NCBI GenBank assembly: GCA_043228905.1
Contig: JBHGNT010000002.1
Coordinates: 19,158,001-19,222,000 of the forward strand
Direction of reading: 5' to 3'
DNA length: 64,000 nt
Source: Azolla caroliniana
Taxonomy: Eukaryota; Plantae; Polypodiophyta
Of this stretch, positions 1-11,665 are shown piece by piece. Below the pieces are notes generated by a model, which did no database searches, was not told where the DNA came from, and was given only the letters and a program-made list of their open reading frames with translations. The position numbers and the translations under genes were made by a program. Position 1 is the first letter of the stretch, and every line of letters begins with the position of its first letter.

Positions 1-7
1 TGCCAAG

Positions 8-471
8 TGTTACCCGGACAAGTATGGATGCGGTGGAGTCAGAAGGATGTTCGGAGTCGGAGTTGGAGTCGGATCGACAGTTCGGATCGATGACTCAGTA
101 GATAGCCGAATAGGACATAGTTAGTTACGAAGTTTTGTAATTCTTGTTAATTATAGATAGTAGGATTTCTTGATGAGAAAAGACCTTCGGGTTACCTATA
201 AAATGAACCAAAGGCATTGTAAAAATCTATCGTTGTATTTAGTAATATAAAGTTTGGTTAGGAAATCTCTGTGTATGGATTTCTTCTTGCCATCTAGTTC
301 TTTCTATCTAAACTATATTACATAAGTCACGATCTTGGTGTCTATTATCACCGATAAGTTTACAAATAATTCGTATCTATTTGTTTAAACCACAACTTCT
401 TGATAGAATGTTCGGTTAGAACGTTTGTCTTATACTGTGTCAGCAAAATAGCAATTGTCGACCGAACAACA
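8..471 (+). mobile_element. 3' LTR of a tRNA-Arg-type (Athila/OTA-like) gypsy element, inserted into the integrase end of a chromovirus
   Basis: Termini TGTTACC...AACAACA match those of LTRs 6132-6511 and 8796-9167. TATA-like CTATAAAA near 197. The gypsy integrase frame (VWLLRRHIAT) on the minus strand breaks off at 472. Preceded by TGCCA+AG at 1-7. Confidence 0.8.
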
Positions 472-3400
472 ATGGTGGCGATGTGACGACGTAACAGCCA
501 AACCATGTCCCCGATTGCAAACATCAGTGTAGCTAAGTGAAGTCGGTCCGCTTGATCTTTATAGTTGTCACTAGCAACATGGAGCTCCAAGGAGAGGTCA
601 TGATGGACATCGTGTAAAGCGCGGGCATGAGTCTCTGCCGAAGGATTGATCGAAGTTGCAAGTATGGAAATGCTGCACCGAGGGTGAAATCCATAGTTTG
701 CAAAGAAGGGGGGAACCTTAGTCGAAGCATGGATACTATTATTGTGAGCAAATTGCACCATTGCAAGGAAGTCCACCCAATCCTCCTATTGGTAGCTCAC
801 GGTACACCGAAGGTATTGTTCGAGGATTTGGTTGACTCGCTCCATTTGTCCATCAGTTTGAGGATGGTATGGTGAGGACAAGTTGAAGAAGTCCCGAATG
901 TTTGTAGAAGTCGTCGCCAAAAGTGGGAAATGAACTAAGAACCTCCACCAGAGGTGATATCCTCGGGTAAGTTGTGTAATCGAACAACATTTTATTAGTT
1001 GTCTCTTCGCCGGAAATGGTTTTGGAACATGGAACAAAGTGAGCCATCTTCGAAAACCGATCGACAATGACTAGCACCGTGTCATGTTCACCAACCAGAG
1101 GGAGGTCGGTGATAAAGTCCATGGATAACGAGACCCATGGTCGACGGGGAATGGGGAGCGGGTGGAGAAGACCATATGATCGATGGTGAGGCGTTTTGGA
1201 CCAAACACATACATCACATGTCTTGATAAATTCCTTGACAAATTTCCAAGGTTGGGGCCACCAAAACCCCCGAGATAGCATTTCCAGGGTTTTCGTAACC
1301 CCAAAATGGCCGGCAAGCGGATCATCATGACAATTTTATAGAACCCATGTACGACATGAACCTTCAGGAACGTACAAGAGATGATTACGATATAGTAACC
1401 CATCCCGGCTTGTAAATTAGTTGAGATATGAGCTTTTCATGTCCGAAGATGGGTCATTACTGCAGCCCATGATTTCTTTGGTGAATGGGTCTGACATGGT
1501 TGCCGTGGGGATCTCGTTGCGCCAAGAATCATCATGTAACATGCATGTGGCGAACATATGAAGTTGATCGCGCCGTAAAAAACAATGGGATTGTTGTGAA
1601 TATGCATCATCTCTTGGGCACAATGAAAAAGTAGGTCGCCGAGAGAGGGCATCAGCTTTCCCATGTTGAACTCCGGGTCGAAACAAGATCTCAAAGTCGT
1701 AGTCGACGAGAAAAGATGACCATTGGGCTTGCCTCTAATTCAATGTATGACTGGTGGTGAAGTAAAATAGATTTTTGTGGTCGGTTAGCACCTGGATGCG
1801 ACGTTGGGCCCTAGCCAAATAGGGTCTCCATTCGGTGAAGGCAGATATGATTGCTGCCAACTCCTTGTCGTAGACTGGATAATTGATTTCCGGGGCGGTA
1901 AACTTCCGAGAGTAGAAGGCAATAGGACGTAGTGTGCGCTCGTCATCTAGTTGGGACATGACAACTCCAATGGCAAAGTCGGAGGCATCGGTTTCGACTT
2001 GGAAGGGCCTTGTGGGGTCGGGGTAGACCAACATTGGGGTTGTGAGAAAAGCTACCTTGAGGGCATCAAAAGCACGTTGCGTCGTAGAGGTCCAAAGAAA
2101 TGGAGTATCTTTTCTTGTAAGGATGATTAGAGGTTGTACTAAAGAAGAAAAACCATTGATAAATCGTCGATAGAAATTTGCAAAACGAAGGAATGATTGT
2201 ACCTCTTTCAACCGAGTAGGGACAGACCAATCGGTGATTTCCGCTACCTTGCGTGCATCCATTGTGATCCCGGAGGGTGAAATCACGTAGCCTAGGAATT
2301 CGACAGAGGTCCGATCGAATTCACATTTCTCACTTTTGGCGTAAAGTCCATGTTCCCAAAGTTTGGATAGGACCAATCGGACGTGTCGGGTGTGCTCTTC
2401 TATGTTGGAAGAAAAAACTAAAATGTCGTCAAGGTAGATCTCCACGAAGTGATCGAGATACTCTTGAAATATATTGTTCATCATGTGCTGAAAGACCGCA
2501 GGGGCGTTGGTGAGACCAAAAGGCATCACCTTGCACTCGAAATGTCCATAGCGTGTTCGGAAGGCCGTTTTCCACTCGTCTCCTAGCTTGATACGCACCA
2601 AATTGTAGGCTCCCCGAAGGTCGATTTTGGAGAAGATACGCCCCGTTCGAAGTTGGTCAAGAAGTGTTGGAATTAAAGGCAAGGGGTAACGATTACGTAC
2701 TGTAATTTTGTTGAGACCCCGATAATCCACACATAGGCGTAATGAGTCGTCCTTCTTCTTGACAAATAAGATTGGCGCTCCAGCCGGTGATTTGGAGAGT
2801 TGAATGAAGCCCTTGGCGAGGTTTTCATCCAGATATATGCGAAGGGCCTAAAGTTCAGGTTCAAATAGCCCATAGATGGGCCCAAATGGTGGATGTGCAC
2901 CATCTTGGAGTTTGATTGGGCAATCATAGGAGTGATGTCCCAGCAACCGGTCTGCATTTCACTTTTCGAACACGTCCAAAAAATCGCTATATCTTGCGGG
3001 CAAATTGGTTACAAGAGTAGGGATATCTTGTGACACAACGGGCACAGAAGTGACCACGCTAGAATCGGCCACAATGGAATCGGCAACGTTTGAGACTGAG
3101 TTGAAATCAGAAGAATGTGCACCCAAGCTTTGTGGAGAGGGCCCGCGCTGGTGTTTGTGGAAAATTGATGGAGCGGCTACACCAATCCACCATCGGATTG
3201 TATGTTTCTAGCCAGGAGAGCCCTAAAACAATTGGATGATGAGGGGTTGCAATAAGGTAGAATGTTAATACCTCCTAGTGGAACCCGACTTGAAATACCA
3301 ACGGGACAGTGGCTTCGGTAACCGCCCCTGAAGAGAGAACCCGTTCGTCAATAGCCTCAACGGATATGGGTTGTGTTGTTCGGATGGTTGGGATTTTATG

Positions 3401-4265
3401 TGCTCGGACGAACGCGATATCGATCAAAAAAGTAGATGCACCAGAATCGAGGAAGGCATGGGATTTTATTGAAATAGACCCAAAACAAAGATTTTACTTG
3501 CAAAGTAAAAACCTCCCGCTGGCGTGACTGAATTGTAGGAGCACGAAGAACTAGGGCGACGGAAAGTGTCCAGTGGCATGGCTCCAATTGCAACCGGACT
3601 TGCTTCTTTTCCTGTTGTCTAGAAACCTCGGCAAGACATGCACGATCATTTGCTTGTTGTCGAGAAACCTCTGCAAGACGTGCACGGTGGGATTGATGAT
3701 GAGGGCCGCGCATCAGGCAGTCGCAGATGACATGGTTTGGGGTACCACAATAGAGGTAGAGGCCATTGTCACGTCGATGTTGCCGTTGGGCATCGGTTAA
3801 TGGTTGGAGCTGAGCATGGTCGATCTCCATCGGGGTATGAGCACTATTGGAAGATGGCAGTCGTGGCGTGGTTGACGAAACTGATATATATGGCCTTGTG
3901 AGTGGAGCATTGTGGGAGGAAGATGGAAAACCTCGAGTCCCCCGTTCCTCTTCTCAAAGCTCAAAAAGACGATTATCACATTGAACGGCTTGGGAGATTA
4001 CCTAGGACAATGATGTGGGCTCCAGAAAGTTTAAGATAAGAGTCTTGATATCATTTCGTAGGCCTCGACGAAACTGGTCGCATAAAGCTTGCTCATCCTA
4101 GCTGACATCGCACGCGATCTGACGAAACTCTGAAGCATAAACGGAACTTGGACGAGAGCCTTGTTGTAAGGAATAGAGTTTCGTGAGTTCCGTTCATCGC
4201 CGATCTGTCTCTCCAAATGTGGCTTCAAGCTCCGCAAGGAAGGCAAGAAAGTTTTCTAGGAGGGG
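472..4265 (-). mobile_element. Degenerate Ty3/gypsy chromovirus-type (Tcn1/Tf2-like) internal region: gag-PR-RT-RNaseH-INT
   Basis: Gag knuckle LYCGTPNHVICDC, protease FLDSGAS (~3440-3460), RT YLDD and RNase H ETDASD in ORF 1735-2730. Integrase motifs SMDFITDLP, VDRFSKM and YHPQTDGQ are split by frameshifts. Confidence 0.93.
1735..2730 (-). pseudogene. Gypsy reverse transcriptase + RNase H
   Basis: [50 protein letters not shown]. Confidence 0.95.
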
Positions 4266-4700
4266 TGATGAGGGCAAGGACAAGTAGGTGAGCTCAATAT
4301 TAAGAAAGAGAGAAAGATAGATATATAGATAGAGAGGAGCATAGACAAGAGAACAAGAGAGAGAGGGTAGACAAAAGAGCGAGAACTAAATTATGCTTCC
4401 GTAACTGGTGTTTTTCACCTTGATTGTAATCAAGGTGCACTGAAGTATTTATACAAGAATGTGGTGGTATGCATGTAAGCTAGGAAACATCTAGAGAATG
4501 CATGGAAACTTCTAGAGAGTTCATGTCTATGCATTCTCTAGAAGTTTCTTGAAAGTTCTAGTGATTAACTTACAATGTAATAAGTTGAAACTTATACAAT
4601 ACAATAATGCATAGATGGAATGTAGTTCAATTGGTAAGGTTGTCCAATAAGATCAAGAGGTCATGGGTTCAACCCCTTACATTACATCGTGTCTTTGACA
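4266..4700 (-). mobile_element. LTR containing an antisense tRNA-like cassette
   Basis: Minus-strand termini TGTCAAAGAC...GCCCTCATCA, with TATAAATA and TTCTAGA repeats. It interrupts gag. Flanks AGGGG/CAAAG do not match, so it is rearranged or recombinant. Confidence 0.7.
4617..4685 (+). pseudogene. tRNA-derived / Pol III A-box and B-box cassette inside an LTR
   Basis: GGAATGTAGTTCAATTGGTAAG...GGTCATGGGTTCAACCCCT with a partially pairing acceptor stem. Confidence 0.6.
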
Positions 4701-4704
4701 CAAA

Positions 4705-5330
4705 GAGGATCCTTCACAGCGGATGTAGAGACTTCGGCAATAGGCAATGGAGCCAACGTAAGACCAAGAGACTGACGGTGAAGGCGAGGGGACGAGGGCA
4801 AAGGCAGCAACGGGAAAAAACAATGATCTTATAACGATCGTCACACCGATCAGGAGACTTCAGTGGTCGGCCTCGGGAGCCGACATGAGACCTAGAGAGA
4901 TGGACGGTGGCACGGTAGGTGAACGGGATCCCAAGATATGGCGTAGAAATGCGGATGGATCCTACAACGATCCTCACACCGATTCGGAGACTCTGGCGGT
5001 CAGCCCAAGAGCTGGTGTGAGACCTAGAGAGAAGGACGATGGCGGCAAGTGAACAAGATCAAGCAGAAGCGTCGAAAAGGAGCGTAAGGAGGTACAAGGC
5101 CGGGGACATGGCCACGAACCGGAACCGGACCCGATCGGTAGGGTCAGTAGGAGTAAAACCGGACACGCTTGGTGCATGAGTCTGTCGCCTAACGGATCGG
5201 AGGGCCAAGAAGGATCCTCCACACCAGATCTAAGGATTTCGGCGGTCGGCGTCGGGAGCCGACGTAACACCAAGGTACTGACGGTGGCGGCGAGGGTACG
5301 AAGGCCATAGTAGTAGAGGCACTGAGTTAG
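4705..5330. repeat. Dispersed ~620-bp internal retroelement segment, copy 1 (copy 2 at 10097-10375 + 11670-11998)
   Basis: Shared blocks GAGGATCCTTCACA, CGTAAGACCAAGA, GAGACCTAGAGAGA and GGACACGCTTGGTGCATGA, with internal subrepeats. Confidence 0.8.
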
Positions 5331-6515
5331 AGTTGCATGCACGTTCTACACAGACACACACACACACTCTCTCTCTCTCTCTACCTCTCTCGTGTTCAGT
5401 AGCCTCCGGTACGCGACCAGAATCACTCCTATTTGCCCTGCAACCAGGACTGGAGAGAGTAGGTCTCCCAACACCCATCTCTTCCTCGTCTGAGACTCTC
5501 GTGGTTCCACCCCTTTTGACACGTACTCGCGGATTACCGCGACATATTTGGTGAACCCGAAGTGAAAGGGGCGACAAGGGAGGATGGAGTTGGAAGACGA
5601 ATACTTTGCGGAGATGGTGGCTGAAGTGGTGATGGAGTTTCGACGAGTGACGATGAGATGAGAAGCGGCACAGCAAGCTATTGAGCGAGTGGTCGAAAGA
5701 GTCGGCCATTTCAACGGGGACAAAGTCCCATTCTACTTGGAAGCCTACAGAGCAGAAATGGAGGTGGAGGCGTAGACGAGGCGTTGAGGCTGGAGTTCTT
5801 CTATCAGGTCGTCGTCATCCTTATGCACGCGGAAGTGAAGGAGCTCTGAGAAGCTCATAGTTTGTGGGAGGCCTTCGAAGAGGCGCTCCTGCAGGCATAC
5901 GGAGGACGGCCGAAGAGCTGGGGATGGCACGACTTTGACTAGTGGGTTGCATCGGCGAAGACCCATCCAGGCGCAACGAAGGCGTTCCAAGAGTTCGAGC
6001 AGCGGCTTGCTTGGCTCCCTAAGTGGGAACAAATTCTGGTGGGGGTGGACAAAGTCTTGTTGTTCGTTAGGTCGATTGACTGAGCGGAATGGGAGGCTAT
6101 CGGAATTGAGCTCGAAGACGACGACGGAGCGTGTTACCCGTAACAATATACGGGGAGACATAAGGGTATGTTTAATGATGTGGTTGATGTGTATGTATAA
6201 TGTGAATGAGTGTGTGAGGATGAGTATGTGTATGTGTATGTGTATAAACACATGCACATTTGTGTGCATGTGTACAAAGGTGAGAAAGTGGGTAAGTAAT
6301 GTAACTCCCTACTTGTCGAATTCTTTATTTGTAACGGTTACCTCTTGTACTATATAAACCCCACCCATGGGGCATAATGGAATACAACTTTTTCCCTCTC
6401 ATTTGGTGTCATTTCTTATTTTCACTCTCTCCTCTCTCTCTCTCTCTCTATCGTAACCCCCTTGGGAGGGGGGAGAAGCCATTCTAGGTTTCACCACCCA
6501 CCCTAACAACACTTT

Positions 6516-6526
6516 TGGCACGCCCG
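6516..6526 (+). promoter_or_regulatory. Primer-binding site, tRNA-Arg(UCU)
   Basis: TGGCACGCCCG, 4 nt after the LTR; complement of the plant tRNA-Arg 3' end ...CGGGCGUGCCA. Confidence 0.85.
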
Positions 6527-7042
6527 AACGACCGACCTCCCTTGAGAAGAGGTCACTCTCTCCCTCCCTCACTCTCCCTCTCCATCACTGATCTCTATCT
6601 CTCCCTCTCTATACGTGTCTGTTAATGTTTGTCTAGAGAGTATTGTGTTGTGCATGGACTCTTTGTGTGGGAGCTAGCCTATGATGGAGAAATCAACATT
6701 ATTCCCTTAACACGAAGTCTCTCTTTCTGCCTCTTTGTGTGACGTGATTGTATGTCTCGATGTTAGTGTGGTTTTGAGAATATGTTGCGGATGCTTTTCT
6801 CGTTTCTCCGGAGAGAAAGAGAGAATAGATGAGTTCCTCTGATCTTGTGGATGCTTTTCTCGTTTCTCCGGAGAGAGAGAGAAAAAATGAGTTCCTCTGA
6901 TCGTAAATATATCTATCTATACCTCTCCATGATGATGATATGATCTGAGAAATGGGTGTCACTTGAGGGCTCTCCTCATCGCAGCCAAAAGGAGAAGGAA
7001 CCAGGTAGCGGTGGAAGGTCTTAAGCTCTCAGATGGACGACA

Positions 7043-7500
7043 ATGGTGAGTGGGATAGAACATCTTTGCCTGTGTCTTCTTCTCCTTCACACGTGGAAAA
7101 GCCACCTTCAAGGTGTATGCGATCAAGAGAGTGAAAAACCACCAATTTGGGTGGTATTAGATGAGGTGCAAGATCCCCAAAATGTTTGTGTTGTTCTTCG
7201 CTCAACGTACTTCTTGGAAGCAAAAGGGGTTATAGTATGCACTAAGAATTCAACACCATTGCAGTTGTTAGTAAGGCTAGTTCAGGAGCTTTGGAATTTA
7301 TGGAGCTTTGATCTTGCAAGATATTCTTGATGGGTGGAGAGTTGTGGGTGCCACTGCAGTTGGTCCTAATGTCATTCGAGTTAGAGATCTTCCACGAGGT
7401 GTGCCCACCATATTAATGCTTGGTGGTGAGGAAAAAGGACTCCGAACTAATGTGAAGATGGCATGTAATCATTTCGTCTGTATTCTTGGATTGCACATTG
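7043..7500 (+). pseudogene. Captured SpoU/TrmH-family rRNA 2'-O-methyltransferase fragment (MRM1/RlmB-like)
   Basis: PIWVVLDEVQDPQN..LRSTYFL...VCTKNS, then frameshifted AVVSKASSGALE, then GWRVVG...PTILMLGGEEKGLRTNV..AC. These match SpoU motifs 1 and 2. Confidence 0.85.
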
Positions 7501-8776
7501 AAAGTAGTACAAAACAAGTTTTGGGGGAAGTTAGTGAGAACACACAAGATAATGGCATCAGTGGAGGTGATGATGATCAGAAGAAGAGAAACTACCTACA
7601 GACGCCTTGCTTCTTCTTGGTATCCCCGAATGCATTGAGGTATGCTACAGGATCAGGAGAATAGCTCTCGAAGCCGACCATGCGCAAACGGTCTGCTGGC
7701 AGACGCCACGGCCGACCGGACGACGGCGACAACAATGGCAACGGTGATAGCCGAACAGATGGTCCGACCAGCGGACATAGACAGCCACAGATAGATGGCT
7801 GACAGGCGGACACGACAGACATTCGACAGCCGGTGGAAAGATGACCACGGCCAACCGGCGGAAATACCCGGACAGACAAACTGGCAAACGGCAAATGGCG
7901 ACTATCGAGATACAACCGACGAATGAAAAAGGCCTACACATGGCCAGATAGTTGGCATCCAGCAACTGTAGATGGCGCCGGATAGAGCCAGACGGGTCAA
8001 GAGCGACGACCGACAGACAGAGCACCGAATAGACGACGACGGTCGGCCGGATAGGCAGTCCGGCAGCCGGCAAACCGACAGCCGGTCGAGATAGATGACA
8101 AACAAAAGTGCTCCACTCAACATAGGAAGTAAAGAACAAGAGAATCAAGAAAGAAGAAAAGGACAACGATAGATAAGAAGAAGAAGGAGAAACCGTAGAA
8201 GCAACTAGACAGAAAAGAAGAGAAGGAAGCAACAGCAGCAGAAAAGAGAAAGAAGGGAAGAAGACAGAGACAGAGAAGAAAACAAAAAGGAAAAAGTGAA
8301 AGGAAGAAAAAGACAAATATGTAAATGAAAAGCTTGAGGGCTAGATAAAAATTACGATAATGCAAGGGCACACAACCGAATTTTAAGAACCAGAGGGCAA
8401 TGGAGGAGAATTTCACAAGCTCAAGGGTGGTACCCATTAAAATTTCAAAATTTTGAGGGTAAAAACAAAAATTGTAAAAATTAAGGGGTACAAATCATGA
8501 AATTACAAAAACACAACTCACATTATGAAAGAAAGAATACATAAACACACAACACGATTTCACGACCCATGCCGCAGTAAACTAGCCGATTGGTGTATGA
8601 TCCAATCGTGCATTGTGTTGACCGAACGAGAAGGTTCGAGTCAAGCAAAGCTCTGATCAAAGATATTGATTGTAGAGCAGTGATCCGGTCCAGGGATTTT
8701 CCGACCGTTGAGATGACCGATGGAGTTCCGGTCGAGAAGAGTTGCCATGGCGAGTGGGTGCACCGTGCAATGCATT

Positions 8777-8793
8777 GTCCCACAGGCGTGCCA
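8777..8793 (+). other. Anti-PBS (tRNA-Arg 3'-end copy) occupying the PPT position
   Basis: GTCCCACAGGCGTGCCA + TG + LTR start; no purine tract. Confidence 0.85.
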
Positions 8794-10375
8794 TGTGTTA
8801 CCCGTAAGAATATACGGGGAGGCATAAGGGTATGTTTAATTATGTGGTTGATGTGTATGTATAATGTGAATGAGTGTGTGAGGATGAGTATGTGTATGTG
8901 TATGTGTATAAACACATGCACATTTGTGTGCATGTGTACAAAGGTGAGAAAGTGGGTAAGTAATGTAACTCCCTACTTGTCTCATTCTTTATTTGTAACG
9001 GTTACCTCTTGTACTATATAAACCCCACCCATGGGGCATAATGGAATACAACTTTTTCCCTCTCATTTGGTGTCATTTCTTATTTTCACTCTCTCCTCTC
9101 TCTCTATCGTAACCCCCTCGAGAGGGGGGTGAAGCCATTCTAGGTTTCACCCCCCACCCTAACAACAGAGCGAATGGTCTTACCGAGAACTAGTCGGAAG
9201 TTGAACGAGCATGCCGACGGTTGGATGAGGAGCGGCCCGCGAAAGGGGAAGGGAAGGTAACGCGCGATGGTGTGTCATCACAGCAAGGAGAGGGCACGCA
9301 ACAAGAAGGATCGGTGAAGCTCAATGTCGAGGCCCTAGTCCGGGAAGCGTACGAGGTTCTAAAGGCGACGGTTGACAAAGAAGAGAGATCCGGCATGCAG
9401 ACGGATTCCGGAAACTCCGACCTAGTCGGCCTTCCGGACAAGGCGGACATGGCCCAAGCAGAGTACGATGGTACCACGGGAGAGGGTGTGGAGCAAGATG
9501 CCCTCTTGACTTGCGGAGAAAGATTGGCCGAGTAGTAGGTCGGGACCGGAGAAGAGCCCTCCGCGTGGATTCTGGAAACTCTGGCAGTCGAGCCCGTGTG
9601 CGACCATAAGACTGGAGAGATGGAAGGCGCCAATGAGGAGTCCTGGCACGATGTTAGCGAAGATGGATGGGAAACGGCATGCGGCGAGGTCGAGGATAGA
9701 GCCACGGTAGAGAAGTAGGACGAAATGACAGGCGTCGCCGAAGGGAGCGGAATTGGAAGTTGACCCAACTAGCGATCAAACGGGTCGGCATTCTAGTTTA
9801 GATCGAGCACGATCCGGACATGGATCGTTCAACCGAAAGTGGCCCGAGACACGGAAGACAACGGAGAGGCAGTAGAACCCAATCGACAGGGGTTGGGTTC
9901 GGTATGAAGGTGCCGATACGGAAGAGGTTGCAGAATGAGCCTCCCTCTTTACATGGGGAGAAAGATCCACCAAGGCGAAGGTCGGCGTTCAGGAAGAAGA
10001 TGATCGAGGGTACAAAACAAGTCTAGCGGGATCGGCATCGGAGCCGAAACTCCAGACATTGGAGAATCAAGCCCAAGCGAGGCTTGATCGATCATAGAGA
10101 GGATCCTTCACACCAGATCTAGAGACTTCTGCAGTCGGCAGCGGAGCCGACGTAAGACCAAGAGATTGACAGTGGTGGCGAGGGCAAAGGCAGAAATGGG
10201 GTAGAACAACAATCCTCACACTGATCCAGAGACTCTGGCGGTCATCCCCAAGAGCTGACGTGAGACCTAGAGAGATGAACGGTGGCGGCAGGTGAACGGG
10301 ATCCCAAGATATGGCGTAGAAGTGTGGATGGGCGATCCTACGACTATTCTCATACTGATCCTGAGACTCTGGCGG

Positions 10376-11665
10376 TGTCGTGAAAATACGACAAGGATAC
10401 GTGAACTTGAGGAAAGACCTCGGGGCCTCCGACCAGACGATATCACATTCGTGCATTTATATTTTTAACAATTAACGGAAATAAGAAATTTAATAATTTT
10501 CATTAACAAAGGAAAAGAAATTACAATATGTCCTAAGATTGGGATTCAGATGTTTTAGGTTTACTAAGATTAATAGAAAAGAAAATTTAGGGGTTTTGAG
10601 AGATATGGCTTCCGTAGGGAAAATTAGGGTTTTTGAGTGTTATGGCCTTGTGAGATAAGGGAACCAAGAAGGAAAAGAAAATAATAAATGGAGAGAGGAT
10701 CCAAGTTGAGAAAAAAATTGGAATATTATGGAGCTCTCCGTTGATCATAGCCTCCCATGATCCTTTGCATGCGTCCCATTTTTGTTGCTTGGCCTCCATT
10801 TTTAGTTGCATGCCTTCCACATGACCTTTACTTTATGCATGGCCTCCACCTTTAGTTGCATTCTTTCCACTTGACCTTTGCTTTAGTTCAGCCACATGAT
10901 CCTATAATTTGTAAAGTTTAGCCCATGCTTTGATCCGTCCGGTCCGCGTTTGTTTGGTCCTGTTCTGTTCTGTCACCGTCTGGTTCCGGTTCGATCACTG
11001 ATTCCATCCGGTTGTCGGTTCTGTCCGGTCGCCAGTCGCCGGCTCCGTCCAGTTGCCGGTTGCCAGATCCGCTTGGTCTCCGGTTACCGGATCCGTCTAG
11101 TCACCGGCTCTGTCTGGTTGTCAGATCCGCCCGGTCACCTGCTACGTCCGGTTTCTGATTGTCGGCTTTGTTGCCGGTTCTATCCAGTTGCTGGCTCAAT
11201 CCGGTTTCTAGTTGCTGACTCCATCCGGTTTTCAGTACTATCACTGACCGGTTTGAATTCCTTCATCGGCTGCTTTGAGTTCCCTCACCGGCCGGTTCGA
11301 GCAACTTAGCCACATCCGGCGACTTAGCCACATCTATCCTTCTAGACAAAAGTGGCCCAAGCCCAACTATTTCTTTTGTGCTCTTAACACATAAATAAAA
11401 ATGATGGTTCTCAATCTACTTATATAGCTGGCTCCTAAAGTTTCCTATCTATGTGGGATATTTCAAAATTCTATTTTCCTTATCTTCTCAAACTTCATGT
11501 CCACATAAGTTGATATGTAGTTGTCCATTTTATATGTAGTAAAATGCGTTTTGAAGCTCTTGAGTACATCCATCTTTCCATATCAAGCCACTAATCTAAT
11601 CTAAAATAATTATTTCATTATTTTTTTACATAGTTTTCATATCATGTGTGAAAAACCACACGACA
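10376..11665 (-). mobile_element. Solo LTR of the tRNA-Trp gypsy family
   Basis: Termini TGTCGTG...CACGACA, homologous (reverse complement) to LTR 61976-63272. Probable 4-bp TSD GCGG/ACGG splitting the repeated segment. Confidence 0.85.

Larger units (their letters stand above)
6132..9167 (+). mobile_element. Complete 3.0-kb non-autonomous LTR retroelement (TRIM/LARD-like) of the tRNA-Arg family
   Basis: Near-identical LTRs 6132-6511 and 8796-9167, perfect 5-bp TSD GAGCG and PBS TGGCACGCCCG at 6516. No gag or pol. Confidence 0.95.

Noticed and set aside
4617-4685. Functional tRNA genes (also 13596, 15040, 26890, 41659, 41888)
   Set aside because: D and anticodon stems pair poorly; treated as tRNA-derived cassettes only
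7645-8437. Hydrophobic 'membrane protein' ORFs
   Set aside because: Translations of the antisense of an A/G-rich low-complexity tract
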